A stretch of 64,000 bases of DNA from a bacterium. Its GTDB lineage: Bacteria; Zhuqueibacterota; Zhuqueibacteria; Residuimicrobiales; Krinioviventaceae. The stretch covers positions 256,001 to 320,000 of the forward strand of contig CAXXFV010000015.1 of assembly GCA_963674595.2 (NCBI GenBank), in the 5' to 3' direction. Both the position numbers and the translations under genes were made by a program. The notes beneath the pieces were generated by a model that saw nothing but the letters and a program-made list of their open reading frames with translations, had not been told where the DNA came from and did not search any database. Shown in pieces: positions 27,398-37,633 of this stretch (within the stretch, counting starts at the first letter, position 1; the number at the start of each line of letters is the position of its first letter).

Positions 27398-28406
27398 TAG
27401 CTCTTTGTTTGATCCATTTACGTGTAATTTCCAACAGATTATTTATATGCCGTTGTTTTGATAACCGATATATCGGCAGTTCCAATATAAAAGAGGTCCC
27501 CTTGTACAAGCCTTCGCTGTAAACAGTTATTTTACCGCCGTGAAATTTTATAATTTCTTTTACCCAATACAGGCCAAGGCCGGTTCCTTTGACATTGGGA
27601 ATGTGACTGTTATAAATTCTGTGAAATTTACGAAATACATTTTTTTGCTGTTTTTTTTCAATGCCGATACCCTGATCCGTAAAAGTAATTTTAAAATTTT
27701 TAGAATTTTGCTGCAAATTCACATTGATTTGCGGTGATTCGACCGAATATTTTTTAGCGTTATCCACTAAATTATTAAAAACAATTTTCAGAGAGTTTTG
27801 GTCGCATACACACTGTCCGGTAAGTAATCCTTTTATTTCCATGTCTTTTTTTGAGAGTTTGAATTGTTCCTGAGAATCTGCCAGGATCGCCTTAATCGTT
27901 TGGTCTGCCTCATAAACATGAAAATTATAAGCGATTTTTTTCTTTTCCAGACGTGTTAATTCAAGAATTGAATTTATCAATGTCTTTAGCCTGTTTGTAT
28001 CCTGAATCATGACATCCAGAAACTCAACGGATTTTTCTTTGGGGACGTTTCTTGTTTTCAAGGTTTCCAGGTAAAGCTGAATTGAGGCAAGGGGTGATTT
28101 TAGCTCGTGGGTGACATTGGCTATAAAATTGTCATAAAGTTTGGTATAGTTTAATTGTTTGTTTAAAAAGAAAAATATCAGGTAAATTCCTACCAGGATG
28201 GTTACCAGCAGAACGATACCAAAAACAAGGGCGAAAATGTTGATGTTTTTAGAAATGATTTGCGGTGAGACCTTGTCGCCCACTTTGTTGAAAATAATAT
28301 AATTCGACACATACCAGTAAATCCATAAAGCCAGCAAAGAAAACCAGGCAATTTGTGCCAGTGTAAATACCAGAACAGGATGTATGAGCCAACGCCACTT
28401 TTTCAT
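27381..28406 (-). CDS. Small two-TM sensor histidine kinase (intramembrane-sensing type)
   Basis: 341 aa; two TM helices with a ~25-aa loop; NVTHELKSPL, NLVDNAKKY, DQGIG and GTGLGL. Confidence 0.92.
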   Translation of the reverse strand: MKKWRWLIHPVLVFTLAQIAWFSLLALWIYWYVSNYIIFNKVGDKVSPQIISKNINIFALVFGIVLLVTILVGIYLIFFFLNKQLNYTKLYDNFIANVTHELKSPLASIQLYLETLKTRNVPKEKSVEFLDVMIQDTNRLKTLINSILELTRLEKKKIAYNFHVYEADQTIKAILADSQEQFKLSKKDMEIKGLLTGQCVCDQNSLKIVFNNLVDNAKKYSVESPQINVNLQQNSKNFKITFTDQGIGIEKKQQKNVFRKFHRIYNSHIPNVKGTGLGLYWVKEIIKFHGGKITVYSEGLYKGTSFILELPIYRLSKQRHINNLLEITRKWIKQRANEDVK

Positions 28407-28416
28407 AATTATGCAT

Positions 28417-28434
28417 TTTTACATTACTTTTACA
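28417..28434 (+). promoter_or_regulatory. Tandem direct-repeat box TTTTACA-N4-TTTTACA (candidate OmpR-family site)
   Basis: 11-bp periodicity in the divergent kinase/radical-SAM promoter. 16/18 identical to 45187-45204. Confidence 0.6.
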
Positions 28435-28505
28435 AATCTTTATAAAATAAATTAGTAAATATAAGGTGTAGTTCAAAGTAATTTTTAGTTTTTAAGGAAT
28501 GCGAT

Positions 28506-29984
28506 ATGAATATACTGCTGGTTTATCCGGAAACACCTTCGACATTTTGGAGTTTTCACAACGCTTTAAAATTTGTTTCAAAAAAGTCATCCGAGCCCCC
28601 TTTGGGTTTATTAACAGTGGCAGCCATGTTGCCAAAAACATGGGACAAACAATTAGTGGATATGAATGTATCAACACTCAAAGATACTGACCTGGAATGG
28701 GCTGATTATGTTTTTATCAGCGCTATGAATATTCAGATTGAATCGTTTAAAAAAGTTGTTAAACGCTGTAATGAAAGGGGCGTTAAAGTTGTCGCCGGCG
28801 GCCCGTTGTGCACTACGGATTATAAAAGTTTGGAAGGGATTGACCACTTTGTTTTGAACGAAGCTGAAATAACATTGCCCCTGTTTTTAAAGGATCTGCA
28901 AAATGGAACTGCAAAATATGTTTATGAGACCAGCGAGTTCCCGGAAATTGGCTCTACACCTGTTCCTTTGTGGAATTTGCTGGACCGGAAAAAATATGCT
29001 TCCATGAGTATTCAATATTCCCGTGGCTGTCCTTTTGATTGCGAGTTTTGCAGTATCACACTTTTAAATGGCCATAAACCCCGGACGAAAACGTCGGGAC
29101 AATTTTTACAGGAACTGGAAAAATTGTATGATGATGGCTGGCGCGGCGCGGTTTTTATTGTTGATGATAATTTTATCGGTAATAAACGCAAATTAAAAAT
29201 CGATTTATTACCCCTGTTGATCAAGTGGTCAAAAGAACATAATTATCCTTTTTATTTTACAACCGAGGTGTCTATCAACCTGGCGGATGATGATGAGCTT
29301 GTTAAATTGATGGTGCAGGCTGGTTTTAACCATACATTTGTCGGTATTGAAACGCCGAACGAATCGAGCCTGACCGAATGCGGAAAGGTGCAAAATAAAA
29401 GCCGCGATCTGATTGCTTCTGTTAAAAAATTGCAGCAAAAGGGTTTGATTGTTTCCGGAGGATTTATTGTCGGTTTTGATAACGATCCCCCGTCGATATT
29501 TGAACAGCAGATACGTTTTATTCAAAACAGCGGTATTGTTACGGCCATGGTTGGCTTGCTGAATGCACCTTCCGGGACAAAATTGTTTAAACGCCTTAAA
29601 GAAGAGAACCGGCTTTTGCAGATTATGAGCGGTGATAATATGGACGGGTCCATGAATTTTGTGCCAAAAATGAATCATCAAAAGCTAAAGGACGGGTATC
29701 GTCAGGTTTTACAGACGATATATTCTCAAAAAGATTATTACGAACGGGTGAAAACATTTTTAAAGGAATACCAGTTACACAGTACCAATATGACCAAAGT
29801 TCAATTTCAGGAAGTTTTGGCGCTGTTTCGGTCTTTATGGGTGCTTGGTGTTTTGGAAAAAGGAAAACGATTCTTTTGGAAACTGTTTTTTTATAGTTTG
29901 GTCCGGCACCCCAGAAAGTTTCCCGTTGCCATAACGTTGGCGATCTATGGATTTCATTTTCGCCGTGTTACGGAAACAATATAA
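28506..29984 (+). CDS. B12-binding radical SAM protein (DUF4070/HpnP-like class B methyltransferase)
   Basis: PPLGLLTVAAMLP B12-binding N-terminus, SRGCPFDCEFC (CxxxCxxC), VDDNFIGN and GFIVGFD. Confidence 0.92.
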   Translation: MNILLVYPETPSTFWSFHNALKFVSKKSSEPPLGLLTVAAMLPKTWDKQLVDMNVSTLKDTDLEWADYVFISAMNIQIESFKKVVKRCNERGVKVVAGGPLCTTDYKSLEGIDHFVLNEAEITLPLFLKDLQNGTAKYVYETSEFPEIGSTPVPLWNLLDRKKYASMSIQYSRGCPFDCEFCSITLLNGHKPRTKTSGQFLQELEKLYDDGWRGAVFIVDDNFIGNKRKLKIDLLPLLIKWSKEHNYPFYFTTEVSINLADDDELVKLMVQAGFNHTFVGIETPNESSLTECGKVQNKSRDLIASVKKLQQKGLIVSGGFIVGFDNDPPSIFEQQIRFIQNSGIVTAMVGLLNAPSGTKLFKRLKEENRLLQIMSGDNMDGSMNFVPKMNHQKLKDGYRQVLQTIYSQKDYYERVKTFLKEYQLHSTNMTKVQFQEVLALFRSLWVLGVLEKGKRFFWKLFFYSLVRHPRKFPVAITLAIYGFHFRRVTETI

Positions 29985-30007
29985 AAGTTTGTTTTAGGAA
30001 TGATTAC

Positions 30008-30037
30008 AGCAGGTTTGTCCCAAAGGGGCAAACCTGC
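30008..30037 (+). terminator. Intrinsic terminator
   Basis: AGCAGGTTTGTCCC-aaa-GGGGCAAACCTGCT followed by a T-tract. Confidence 0.85.
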
Positions 30038-30044
30038 TTTTTAT

Positions 30045-31625
30045 TTATGAACCCATTATTTGCAACGTTGTATAGATAGCAATCATAATAACAGCCAAAA
30101 TCAGCCACAACCACCAAACCAGTTTTGATTGTTTTTGAAATGTGTCTTTCAGGGACGGTAATGATTTTTCTTCCGGAGAGTTTTTGGTGAACAGTGAAAG
30201 GACAATCATAAAAGCCGACAAACCAACAAACAGGTAAAAGGACAACAGCATAAAATGGGGCCATTTTTCCGGCCATCCGAAAATTGGCTGGTCATTGAGA
30301 TGAAAGTAGCCGATTGTTAAACAAAGGATTGATCCGCCGACAAGTGTTGATAGTGCGGCTTTGGCTGTTGCTCTTTTCCATAAAATACCGATTAAAAACA
30401 CAGCCGCCATGGGCGGTGCCAGAAAAGCAATGATCCCCTGTAACAGATCGAACATGTTTTTTCCCAGTTTTCCCATCCATAACGCAAAGAGTATCGCCGC
30501 CGCTGCAGAAAGAACTGTAACAATCCGGCCGATGAATTTACGTTCCTGTGCAGTAGAGTTGGGACTAAAATAGCGGCAATATATATCCAGTGTAAAAACC
30601 GTGCTGAATGAATTTAAGCCCGAGTCTACCGTACTGATAAGCGCAGATACTAAAACTGCGACAATGAGTCCCGGCATACCTATGGGAAGATAGTTTGTCA
30701 CCATGGTTATAAATGCCTTGTCCGGATTATCAAGGTTTGGGTGCAGAAGGAAACAGAAAACGCCGGGCAGCATAAAAATCAACGGCGGCAGGATTTTTAA
30801 AAATCCTGTAAACACGGCCCCGAGCTGACCGTTGCGAATGTCTTTGGCGCCAAGGACACGTTGAACAATTGTCTGGTCTGTGCACCAGAACCATATCCCC
30901 AGAATCGGGTATCCTAAAAAGACGGCAATCCAGGGATAGGCTTGGTCACTCATTGGACGAATGAGGGTCCAATAGTTTTTTGGTGTGTTTTGTACAAGAC
31001 CATCCAGTCCACCGATTTTATCGAATGCTATAATTGTTAAAATTGTCGAGCCTGCTATCATTAAAATCGATTGAAATGTGTCGGTTACGATAACGGCCGC
31101 CAAACCTCCGGCCACTGTTAAAACAGCAGCAATCGTTGTTAATACAATAAGAGATGTGAGCAAAGGCCATCCCAATATCTGGCTCAATAAAATACCACCG
31201 GCATATAAAGCGCCACCAAGCCAGAGAATTAGTGTGGACAGCAATACATAAAAACTGAGAAAACGGTAGGAAGGTTCACCGAACCGGTGTTTTATAAATT
31301 CAGGCATGGTGGAAATTTTTGTTGTCATATAATGCGGAATGAAAAGCATGGCCAATAAAAACAGGAATATCCAGGCAAGCCATTCAAAATTGGCCGCAAC
31401 CAATCCTGAAGTATAAGCAACACTGCAACCGGCAATCAGGAATGATGGAGAGATGTTTGTGCCGAAAATGGAAAATCCGATATTCGCCCAGCCAAAGGTA
31501 TTGCCTCCCAGAAAAAGGTCTTGAGACCCTTTTCGTCGAAAACTGACAAAAAGGCCGATCCCTATAAGGGTCAGTATGTAAAGTATGATGACACCAAAAT
31601 CCCAGAGTGTTAAACCAAATTCCAT
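30045..31625 (-). CDS. Sodium:solute symporter (SGLT-like sugar symporter)
   Basis: FGTNIS, TMPEFI..RF, GGLAAVIVTDTFQS and WFWCTDQTIVQRVLGA. Confidence 0.93.
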   Translation of the reverse strand: MEFGLTLWDFGVIILYILTLIGIGLFVSFRRKGSQDLFLGGNTFGWANIGFSIFGTNISPSFLIAGCSVAYTSGLVAANFEWLAWIFLFLLAMLFIPHYMTTKISTMPEFIKHRFGEPSYRFLSFYVLLSTLILWLGGALYAGGILLSQILGWPLLTSLIVLTTIAAVLTVAGGLAAVIVTDTFQSILMIAGSTILTIIAFDKIGGLDGLVQNTPKNYWTLIRPMSDQAYPWIAVFLGYPILGIWFWCTDQTIVQRVLGAKDIRNGQLGAVFTGFLKILPPLIFMLPGVFCFLLHPNLDNPDKAFITMVTNYLPIGMPGLIVAVLVSALISTVDSGLNSFSTVFTLDIYCRYFSPNSTAQERKFIGRIVTVLSAAAAILFALWMGKLGKNMFDLLQGIIAFLAPPMAAVFLIGILWKRATAKAALSTLVGGSILCLTIGYFHLNDQPIFGWPEKWPHFMLLSFYLFVGLSAFMIVLSLFTKNSPEEKSLPSLKDTFQKQSKLVWWLWLILAVIMIAIYTTLQIMGS

Positions 31626-31771
31626 ATTATTCTTCCTTTGTGATTCGTGATGGGGGGATGGGGACGTGGATCAATATTTTAAATAAAAGCATATATTAAA
31701 ATAAGGGTTGTTTTTATATTGTTCAAGCTTTTTTGGGAAAAAAGACAGGTATTATAAAATGGAATTGTGAT

Positions 31772-31823
31772 AAAAAAAATGCGATGCAGACATTTTTAAA
31801 AACAGACATGAACCGCATCGCAT
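31772..31823 (-). terminator. Possible terminator after the DUF1080 gene
   Basis: ATGCGATGC...GCATCGCAT 9-bp stem with a long loop and an adjacent A-run. Confidence 0.35.
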
Positions 31824-31836
31824 AAAATAAAAAATG

Positions 31837-32478
31837 CTAAGGTAATGGTTTTACCATGATATTTTTAAAATAAACAATACTATTTGGATCGTGTCCCTGA
31901 AGTGCAAAGGTACCGCTTGATAATTTTCGTTCCGGCCAGCCTTCATAGTTCACACTGTCCGGTTCGGTATAGTCAACAATAACGTTGTCGTTTATTTTAA
32001 CAACAATTTTTTTACCGTTGACAATAATTTCGTGTGTGTACCATTCATTATCCTGTGCGGGTGCTTCTTTAATATTAACAACATCGTACAAGCTCGCCGA
32101 ACGTTTCCAGTCACTGTGGGAGTTGTTGACCTGTGATTCGTAACCTTTATTCGGCCAACCGTCCTGCTGATATTCGGTATGAAAATAAATCCCGGAATTT
32201 GAACCTGGCGTGGTCATAACATCCGCTTTAAATTCGAAATTTTTGAAATTCGCGTTATTAACCTGACCGGTATAGAACAAATGGCTTCTTTTACCGTGCA
32301 CTTTGATAGCACCATTTTCTACAGTAAAAGTGCCCTGATTTTCACTGGCTGTCCAGCCATCCAGATTTTCACCATTAAATAATGATACCCACTCCTGCTT
32401 TGGGGCTTCCTGTTTTTGTTGTGCCTGACAACCTAAAATTGCTGAAATGATTAGAAACACCAACATCATTTTTTTCAT
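31837..32478 (-). CDS. DUF1080 (3-keto-disaccharide hydrolase family) lipoprotein
   Basis: Lipobox ILGC; WVSLFNGENLDGW, NSGIYFH and ALQGHD...YFKNI. Confidence 0.92.
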   Translation of the reverse strand: MKKMMLVFLIISAILGCQAQQKQEAPKQEWVSLFNGENLDGWTASENQGTFTVENGAIKVHGKRSHLFYTGQVNNANFKNFEFKADVMTTPGSNSGIYFHTEYQQDGWPNKGYESQVNNSHSDWKRSASLYDVVNIKEAPAQDNEWYTHEIIVNGKKIVVKINDNVIVDYTEPDSVNYEGWPERKLSSGTFALQGHDPNSIVYFKNIMVKPLP

Positions 32479-32595
32479 CTTGCGCCTCCTTGTGTTTTGG
32501 TTGAAAGGAATTTAGAAACATGTCCCCGGAATTCCAAGCGATAAAATATCTTTTTTCTTTCCGGAGACCAGAGAGTTTCAAAATTTGTGGGGAGA

Positions 32596-33300
32596 TTAGG
32601 GCTTCACCGCTCTTATGGTAACATAATCACCGCGATCATAACCGCTTGATGGTTGTTCTGAACGGTCGTTTGAATAAAGCGGGTGTGTGGTCAACGTCTG
32701 TGCAAATTCAAGGTTTTGGAAGCCGACTTTTTTAACAAGCTCTATTTTTTCAGGTGTTGTCCGCCAATTGGCGCTGACGACAAATTCTATGGGGTAACTG
32801 AATTCCGGCCGGATGTTTATCAACATATCATGGTCCCAGGAACCGGTGGTTTTGGCGAGATTATATAACATTGCATAGCTGCTTTCTTTGGGAACATCCG
32901 CCACAACAATATAGCCGCCGGATTTTAAGGCGTTATAAGCGTGTGTAAAAGCTTTTTCCAAATCTGTAATATAGCTCGGTGTGCCGTTGAATAGGATTGT
33001 ATCAAATTCCTGATCACCAAAAATTGTATCTTCGGCGGTCCCGATTCTTACACTCATACCTCTTTTTTTAGCAATATCGGCCATGCTTTCAGAGGGCTCA
33101 ATACCCTCCTGAATTGTAATATTATATTCTTTTTTTAACAACATTTCAAACAAGCCGCTGCCGCAACCGATAGAAAGCGTTCTGCCGGGTTGTTTCAGGC
33201 TATGGGCAATCAACGCCAGTTCAGACGCCAGAACAGATTTGTTCTTTAAAAACCATTCATCATATTTTTCTGCATATTCATCAAAAGATCGATTATCCAT
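32596..33300 (-). CDS. Class I SAM-dependent methyltransferase (last gene of thi operon)
   Basis: FDEYAEKYDEWF and SIGCGSG motif I; 20 bp downstream of thiD. Confidence 0.88.
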   Translation of the reverse strand: MDNRSFDEYAEKYDEWFLKNKSVLASELALIAHSLKQPGRTLSIGCGSGLFEMLLKKEYNITIQEGIEPSESMADIAKKRGMSVRIGTAEDTIFGDQEFDTILFNGTPSYITDLEKAFTHAYNALKSGGYIVVADVPKESSYAMLYNLAKTTGSWDHDMLINIRPEFSYPIEFVVSANWRTTPEKIELVKKVGFQNLEFAQTLTTHPLYSNDRSEQPSSGYDRGDYVTIRAVKP

Positions 33301-33320
33301 TATATTTTCCTTTATATAAA

Positions 33321-34115
33321 TTACCAGGGACTTTTAACGTCTACGTTATGGTTTGTCGGGCCGTGTCCCTGACCAATATTCAATGATGTTTCGATGGCCC
33401 GTGAAATGAATTTTTTTGCTATGGTTATTGCTTCTATCGGCGAACGGCCTTTTGCCAGACTTGCGGCTATGGCCGATGAAAAGGTACATCCTGTTCCGTG
33501 TGTATTTTTTGTTTCAAAACGTGGTGATTCCAAAAGATGATATGATGAACCATCATAAACAATATCGATGGCGTCCTGATTGTCTTCCAAATGTCCGCCT
33601 TTAATAACCACCCAGGGGCATCCTGTTTCAGCAAGCTGAACGGCGGCTTCTTTCATATCACTCAATGTTTTTATTTTTCGGTCCAGCAAAACTTCCGCTT
33701 CATATAAATTGGGTGTCATGACTGTGGCCAGGGGCAAGAGATTGTCTTTAACTGCTTTTCGTGCTGATTCGGACAGTAACGAGTCACCACTTTTGGCAAT
33801 CATAACCGGATCAACGACAAGGTTTTTTAACTGAAATGTTTTTATTTGATCCGCTACAGCGTTTACAATTTCAGGTGTGGCAAGCATACCCGTTTTTACG
33901 GCATCAACACCGATATCCGTAGCAATACTTTTTATCTGTTCGATAATTATTTCAATGGGCAGTTCATGGACAGCCTGAACGCCGATGGTGTTTTGGGCTG
34001 TAATGGCCGTAATCGCAGACATGCCGAACACGCCGAACGCATGAAACGTTTTAAGATCAGCCTGAATTCCGGCACCGCCTCCGCTGTCTGAACCGGCTAT
34101 GGTTAGTGCTCTCAA
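33321..34115 (-). CDS. thiD: HMP/HMP-P kinase
   Basis: LTIAGSDSGGGAGIQADLKT, VVDPVM and THGTGCTFSSA; TTG start after AGGAG. Confidence 0.96.
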   Translation of the reverse strand: MRALTIAGSDSGGGAGIQADLKTFHAFGVFGMSAITAITAQNTIGVQAVHELPIEIIIEQIKSIATDIGVDAVKTGMLATPEIVNAVADQIKTFQLKNLVVDPVMIAKSGDSLLSESARKAVKDNLLPLATVMTPNLYEAEVLLDRKIKTLSDMKEAAVQLAETGCPWVVIKGGHLEDNQDAIDIVYDGSSYHLLESPRFETKNTHGTGCTFSSAIAASLAKGRSPIEAITIAKKFISRAIETSLNIGQGHGPTNHNVDVKSPW

Positions 34116-34126
34116 TTCTATCTCCT

Positions 34127-35143
34127 TTATTTAAAATGGTCCCAGCTATCTGGAAACAATTGTTGTTTGTTTTTATATTCGTCTACCAGCCACATTTTTT
34201 TATCAGAAATGATTGTTCCGATTTCCGTTAATTTTGTTTTTTTCGAAATCTCTTCTATTACAGATGCCGGAGTGTCCGGTTTAACCGTAAAGAGAAGTTG
34301 ATAATCTTCTCCGCCGTATAATGACCAGTTTAATGTATCTTTTGAAAGCAGGCTTGCCGCTTTGGTTAAAGAGTTCGATATCGGCAATTTATTTTGATAA
34401 ATTTGCGCCCCGACGCCGCTGCTTTTACACAGATGCATTAAATCACCGGCCAGGCCGTCACTGATGTCCAGCATGGCTGTTACATATCCGGACAGGGCCA
34501 ATTGGCGACCCGTCTGCATTTGCGGTTGAGGGAGCAAATGTGCCTCAACAAGTTCCGGAAAAGTGATCCTTAGCGCCGTGTTTTCGTTTTCCAGAATTGA
34601 AAATCCGGCGGCTGATGATCCCAAATGGCCGGTAACAAAAATACGGTCACCGGGTTGGGCGCCTTTCCTGTAAATTATATTTGAGGCTTCAACTTCACCT
34701 AACAGAAAAATATCGATGATTATAATATCACTGGATTTTGAAAGATTGCCTCCGATGATATGTCCTCCGGTTTCGCCGATTTGGTCACATAGACCTTTGT
34801 ATAATTGCTCAAAATGTTCTGTTTTTATATTCGGAGGTATGCCCAATGAAACAAGCGCAAAAAGCGGTGTGCCGCCCATTGAGGCAATATCACTCAAGTT
34901 GACGGCCATGGCGCGTCTGCCCAGATTATAATGTGTTGTGTTTTCAATACGAAAATGTGTGTTCTGAATTTGAATGTCACAGGTGGCAATATAATAGACA
35001 GAATCATTTTTTTTGAAAACAGCCGTATCGTCACCGATACTGAGGACCACATCCGGGTGAACAGTATTTGGTACGATTTTTTGAATCCGTTCGATCAGGC
35101 CGAATTCACCAATATCCGTAACGGTTGTTTGTTTTTTGATCAC
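34127..35143 (-). CDS. thiL: Thiamine-monophosphate kinase
   Basis: GEFGLI, IGDDTAV, NLSDIASMGG.P, DISDGL and GGEDYQL. Confidence 0.95.
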   Translation of the reverse strand: MIKKQTTVTDIGEFGLIERIQKIVPNTVHPDVVLSIGDDTAVFKKNDSVYYIATCDIQIQNTHFRIENTTHYNLGRRAMAVNLSDIASMGGTPLFALVSLGIPPNIKTEHFEQLYKGLCDQIGETGGHIIGGNLSKSSDIIIIDIFLLGEVEASNIIYRKGAQPGDRIFVTGHLGSSAAGFSILENENTALRITFPELVEAHLLPQPQMQTGRQLALSGYVTAMLDISDGLAGDLMHLCKSSGVGAQIYQNKLPISNSLTKAASLLSKDTLNWSLYGGEDYQLLFTVKPDTPASVIEEISKKTKLTEIGTIISDKKMWLVDEYKNKQQLFPDSWDHFK

Positions 35144-35811
35144 AATTTATTCCTGACATTTTGGATGGTGCTGTTCAGATATTCTGTTGCCTCTTTGATA
35201 TTATCAGCCGCAACAATACAGGAAACCACAGCCGCGCAATCCGCACCGTGATGTAAAACATCGGCAATGTTTTGCGGATTAATGCCGCCGATAGCCACAA
35301 TCGGGATATGACAGTTTTGTCTAACCTGTGTTAGCAGCGATAAACCAAGCGGCGCTTTGGCATCCGGTTTGGTGCCTCGTGCTTCGTAAACAGGACCAAC
35401 ACCCAAATAATCTCCCCCGTCTTTTTCCGCCTGGATCGCTTCCTCAAGCGTGGTTGCCGAAACACCGAGAATCATATTATCCGGTAAAAGTTTTCTGGCG
35501 ACAGATGCGGGCAAGTCATCCTGACCGACATGCAAACCGTCGGCCTGACAGGCCAGGGCAATATCCAGCCTGTCGTTTATTATAAACGTTTTTTTACAGG
35601 ATCGGGTCAATTCACGAATTTTTATCGCCTGTTCATACAGTTTTTTTGAACTTGCATTTTTGTCCCGGAGCTGGATAACATCCGCACCACCGGCCAGGGC
35701 CTGTTCAGCAACCTCTATATGCGAACGTCCTTTTGATAACACATCATCTGTTACAAGATATATCCGCCAGTTTTTAATCTGGTTTATATCTACTCTACTA
35801 TTGTCGACCAT
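35140..35811 (-). CDS. thiE: Thiamine-phosphate synthase
   Basis: YLVTD, QLRDK, IINDR.D, HVGQDD and VAIGGI. Confidence 0.95.
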   Translation of the reverse strand: MVDNSRVDINQIKNWRIYLVTDDVLSKGRSHIEVAEQALAGGADVIQLRDKNASSKKLYEQAIKIRELTRSCKKTFIINDRLDIALACQADGLHVGQDDLPASVARKLLPDNMILGVSATTLEEAIQAEKDGGDYLGVGPVYEARGTKPDAKAPLGLSLLTQVRQNCHIPIVAIGGINPQNIADVLHHGADCAAVVSCIVAADNIKEATEYLNSTIQNVRNKL

Positions 35812-36470
35812 AATTCTTTCTTCCAGCTCATTTCAAAAAACAACAGTTCGAAACGGGCGCTTTTGGTGTATGATTTTTGCCAGAGTGCTTTATCATTTTC
35901 TGATGCGTTTACAGCAAAGGTGTTTAATTTTTCGATCAACATATCAGCATAATCGACAAACTCGGGCGCTGAGTATAGCTCAATCCATTCCCTGTAATGG
36001 GGATGGTCGGGCAGTCCTTTTTCTTTTAACTTTTGTGCAATTTCTACATAACCCACAGCACATGGCGTTAGAATTGTAATAATTTCTTTTATAGAACCTT
36101 CGTAACAGGTCCTGATAAGAAAATCAGTATAGGCGGCCGTAATCATTGCCTGAGGGGTATTTTCAAGCTCGATGTCTGTAATACCGAAATCGGCACACGT
36201 ACGACGGTGCAGTTCCATTTCCGTGTTTAATGTAAGATTTAAAAGTTCGGCAAAATAGGCCATATCTTTAAAGTTTTGGGCTTTAACACTTGCCAGTCCA
36301 AATACACGGCTGAATTCGATCAGGTATAAATAATCCTGTTTTAAATAAAACACAAATTTTGACGGATCAAGCGTGCCGGCTCCAATTTCCTTTACAAAGG
36401 GATGTGAATGGACTTTATCCCACAGTTCGTCTGTGTCTTTTCGCAGTTTTTGATAAAATTGTAGAGACAT
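35790..36470 (-). CDS. tenA: Thiaminase II / aminopyrimidine aminohydrolase
   Basis: HPFV..IG.GTL, YLKQDYLYL, catalytic PC, Y..WI..Y and E..FF. Confidence 0.92.
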   Translation of the reverse strand: MSLQFYQKLRKDTDELWDKVHSHPFVKEIGAGTLDPSKFVFYLKQDYLYLIEFSRVFGLASVKAQNFKDMAYFAELLNLTLNTEMELHRRTCADFGITDIELENTPQAMITAAYTDFLIRTCYEGSIKEIITILTPCAVGYVEIAQKLKEKGLPDHPHYREWIELYSAPEFVDYADMLIEKLNTFAVNASENDKALWQKSYTKSARFELLFFEMSWKKELWSTIVE

Positions 36471-36485
36471 TTTTCTGCCTTTATT

Positions 36486-37541
36486 TTAATTTGATGCAGC
36501 CTTACCAAATGCTTCCCAGAAAGGATCCACTCTGGGGTGAACCAGTTCATGTTTAACATTATTTTCAAAAACATTCATTCCTTCGGCCTTATCCACAACT
36601 TCACCGACAATACTGGCGGCAATTCCGTTATCTTTGAGGCGATCAATGACTTCCCGGGCCTTGTGCGGACGGCAGGTGGCAAGGAGCGTTCCTTCACTGA
36701 TGGAACTGTAGGGATCGATATTATACATTTGGCATATTTTATCTACTTTATCATCCAAAATAATTTTTTCCTTATCAATGACCATACCCACCTTTGACGC
36801 CTGTGCTATTTCAAACAATCCACCCCAGACGCCGCATTCAGTTGCATCGTGCATGGTGGTAATGCCGTTTTCGCGTACACCGACAGAAGCCGCAATCATG
36901 GCATCATCAACAACAGACATTTGCCAAAATATTTCTTCAGCATTTTTAGAAAATTCTTGCCCATATTTTTCGGCAATTTTATTTGGGAATGTAACTGCAA
37001 ACAAACCGGCAGCTTCAATAGCTGCGCCCTTGGTAACGATAACAGCATCACCGGGTTGTGCCATTGTTGGTGTAACATATTTATCTTTTGGGCCCACACA
37101 AATAATCGTGGCTCCGCCGATCATCGGATACTCACAGCCTTCGTATCGACCGGTGTGCCCGGAAATTACGGCCATACCGATTTTTTCACATTCTCTGTGC
37201 ATGACTGTCCACAGCGTTTCAAATTGATCACGTGTCATGGAAAGTGGTAAATTTAAATCGATCGTCATATATGAAGGCGCAAGGCCGGATGTAACAGCGT
37301 CAGATGCTAAAATATGAATGGCAAACCAGGCGGACCGTTCCCAGCCATAAGGCGGCACAACAAAAACCGGGTCAGTAGTTGTTGCCATAACTTGATTGTT
37401 GCCAAGGTCGGTAATGCCGACATCTACCCCATGCTGAGGCCCGACAAGTACTTCGGGTCTTTTTTTGCCCAGGTGCCGCAGTATAACTTGATCAAAAATT
37501 TCAGGTGAAATTTTTCCTATATCTGGTAAATCTGATTTCAT
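36486..37541 (-). CDS. AIR-synthase (PurM)-like ATP-dependent protein of unknown function
   Basis: GKIS, GP..GVDVG, TTDP, ASD, GHTG, MHDATECG and SEGTLL. No HypE PRIC C-terminus and no SelD Cys/Sec motif. Confidence 0.88.
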   Translation of the reverse strand: MKSDLPDIGKISPEIFDQVILRHLGKKRPEVLVGPQHGVDVGITDLGNNQVMATTTDPVFVVPPYGWERSAWFAIHILASDAVTSGLAPSYMTIDLNLPLSMTRDQFETLWTVMHRECEKIGMAVISGHTGRYEGCEYPMIGGATIICVGPKDKYVTPTMAQPGDAVIVTKGAAIEAAGLFAVTFPNKIAEKYGQEFSKNAEEIFWQMSVVDDAMIAASVGVRENGITTMHDATECGVWGGLFEIAQASKVGMVIDKEKIILDDKVDKICQMYNIDPYSSISEGTLLATCRPHKAREVIDRLKDNGIAASIVGEVVDKAEGMNVFENNVKHELVHPRVDPFWEAFGKAASN

Positions 37542-37563
37542 AAGTAACCTTTCTTTGTATAAA

Positions 37564-37605
37564 ATAAAAAAACCGTTCCAGCGTACGAAAGAACGGTTTT
37601 TTTAT
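37564..37605 (-). terminator. Riboswitch-controlled intrinsic terminator (expression platform)
   Basis: AAAAAAACCGTTC...GAACGGTTTTTTT between the TPP aptamer and the first start codon. Confidence 0.8.
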
Positions 37606-37633
37606 ACAAATAGAAATTGTATTTGAAAAATAT

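Noticed and set aside
36486-37541. PurM-like gene as selD (given the selenoprotein) or hypE
   Set aside because: It has no N-terminal Cys/Sec-x-x-Lys SelD motif and no C-terminal PRIC of HypE, and it sits under a TPP riboswitch.
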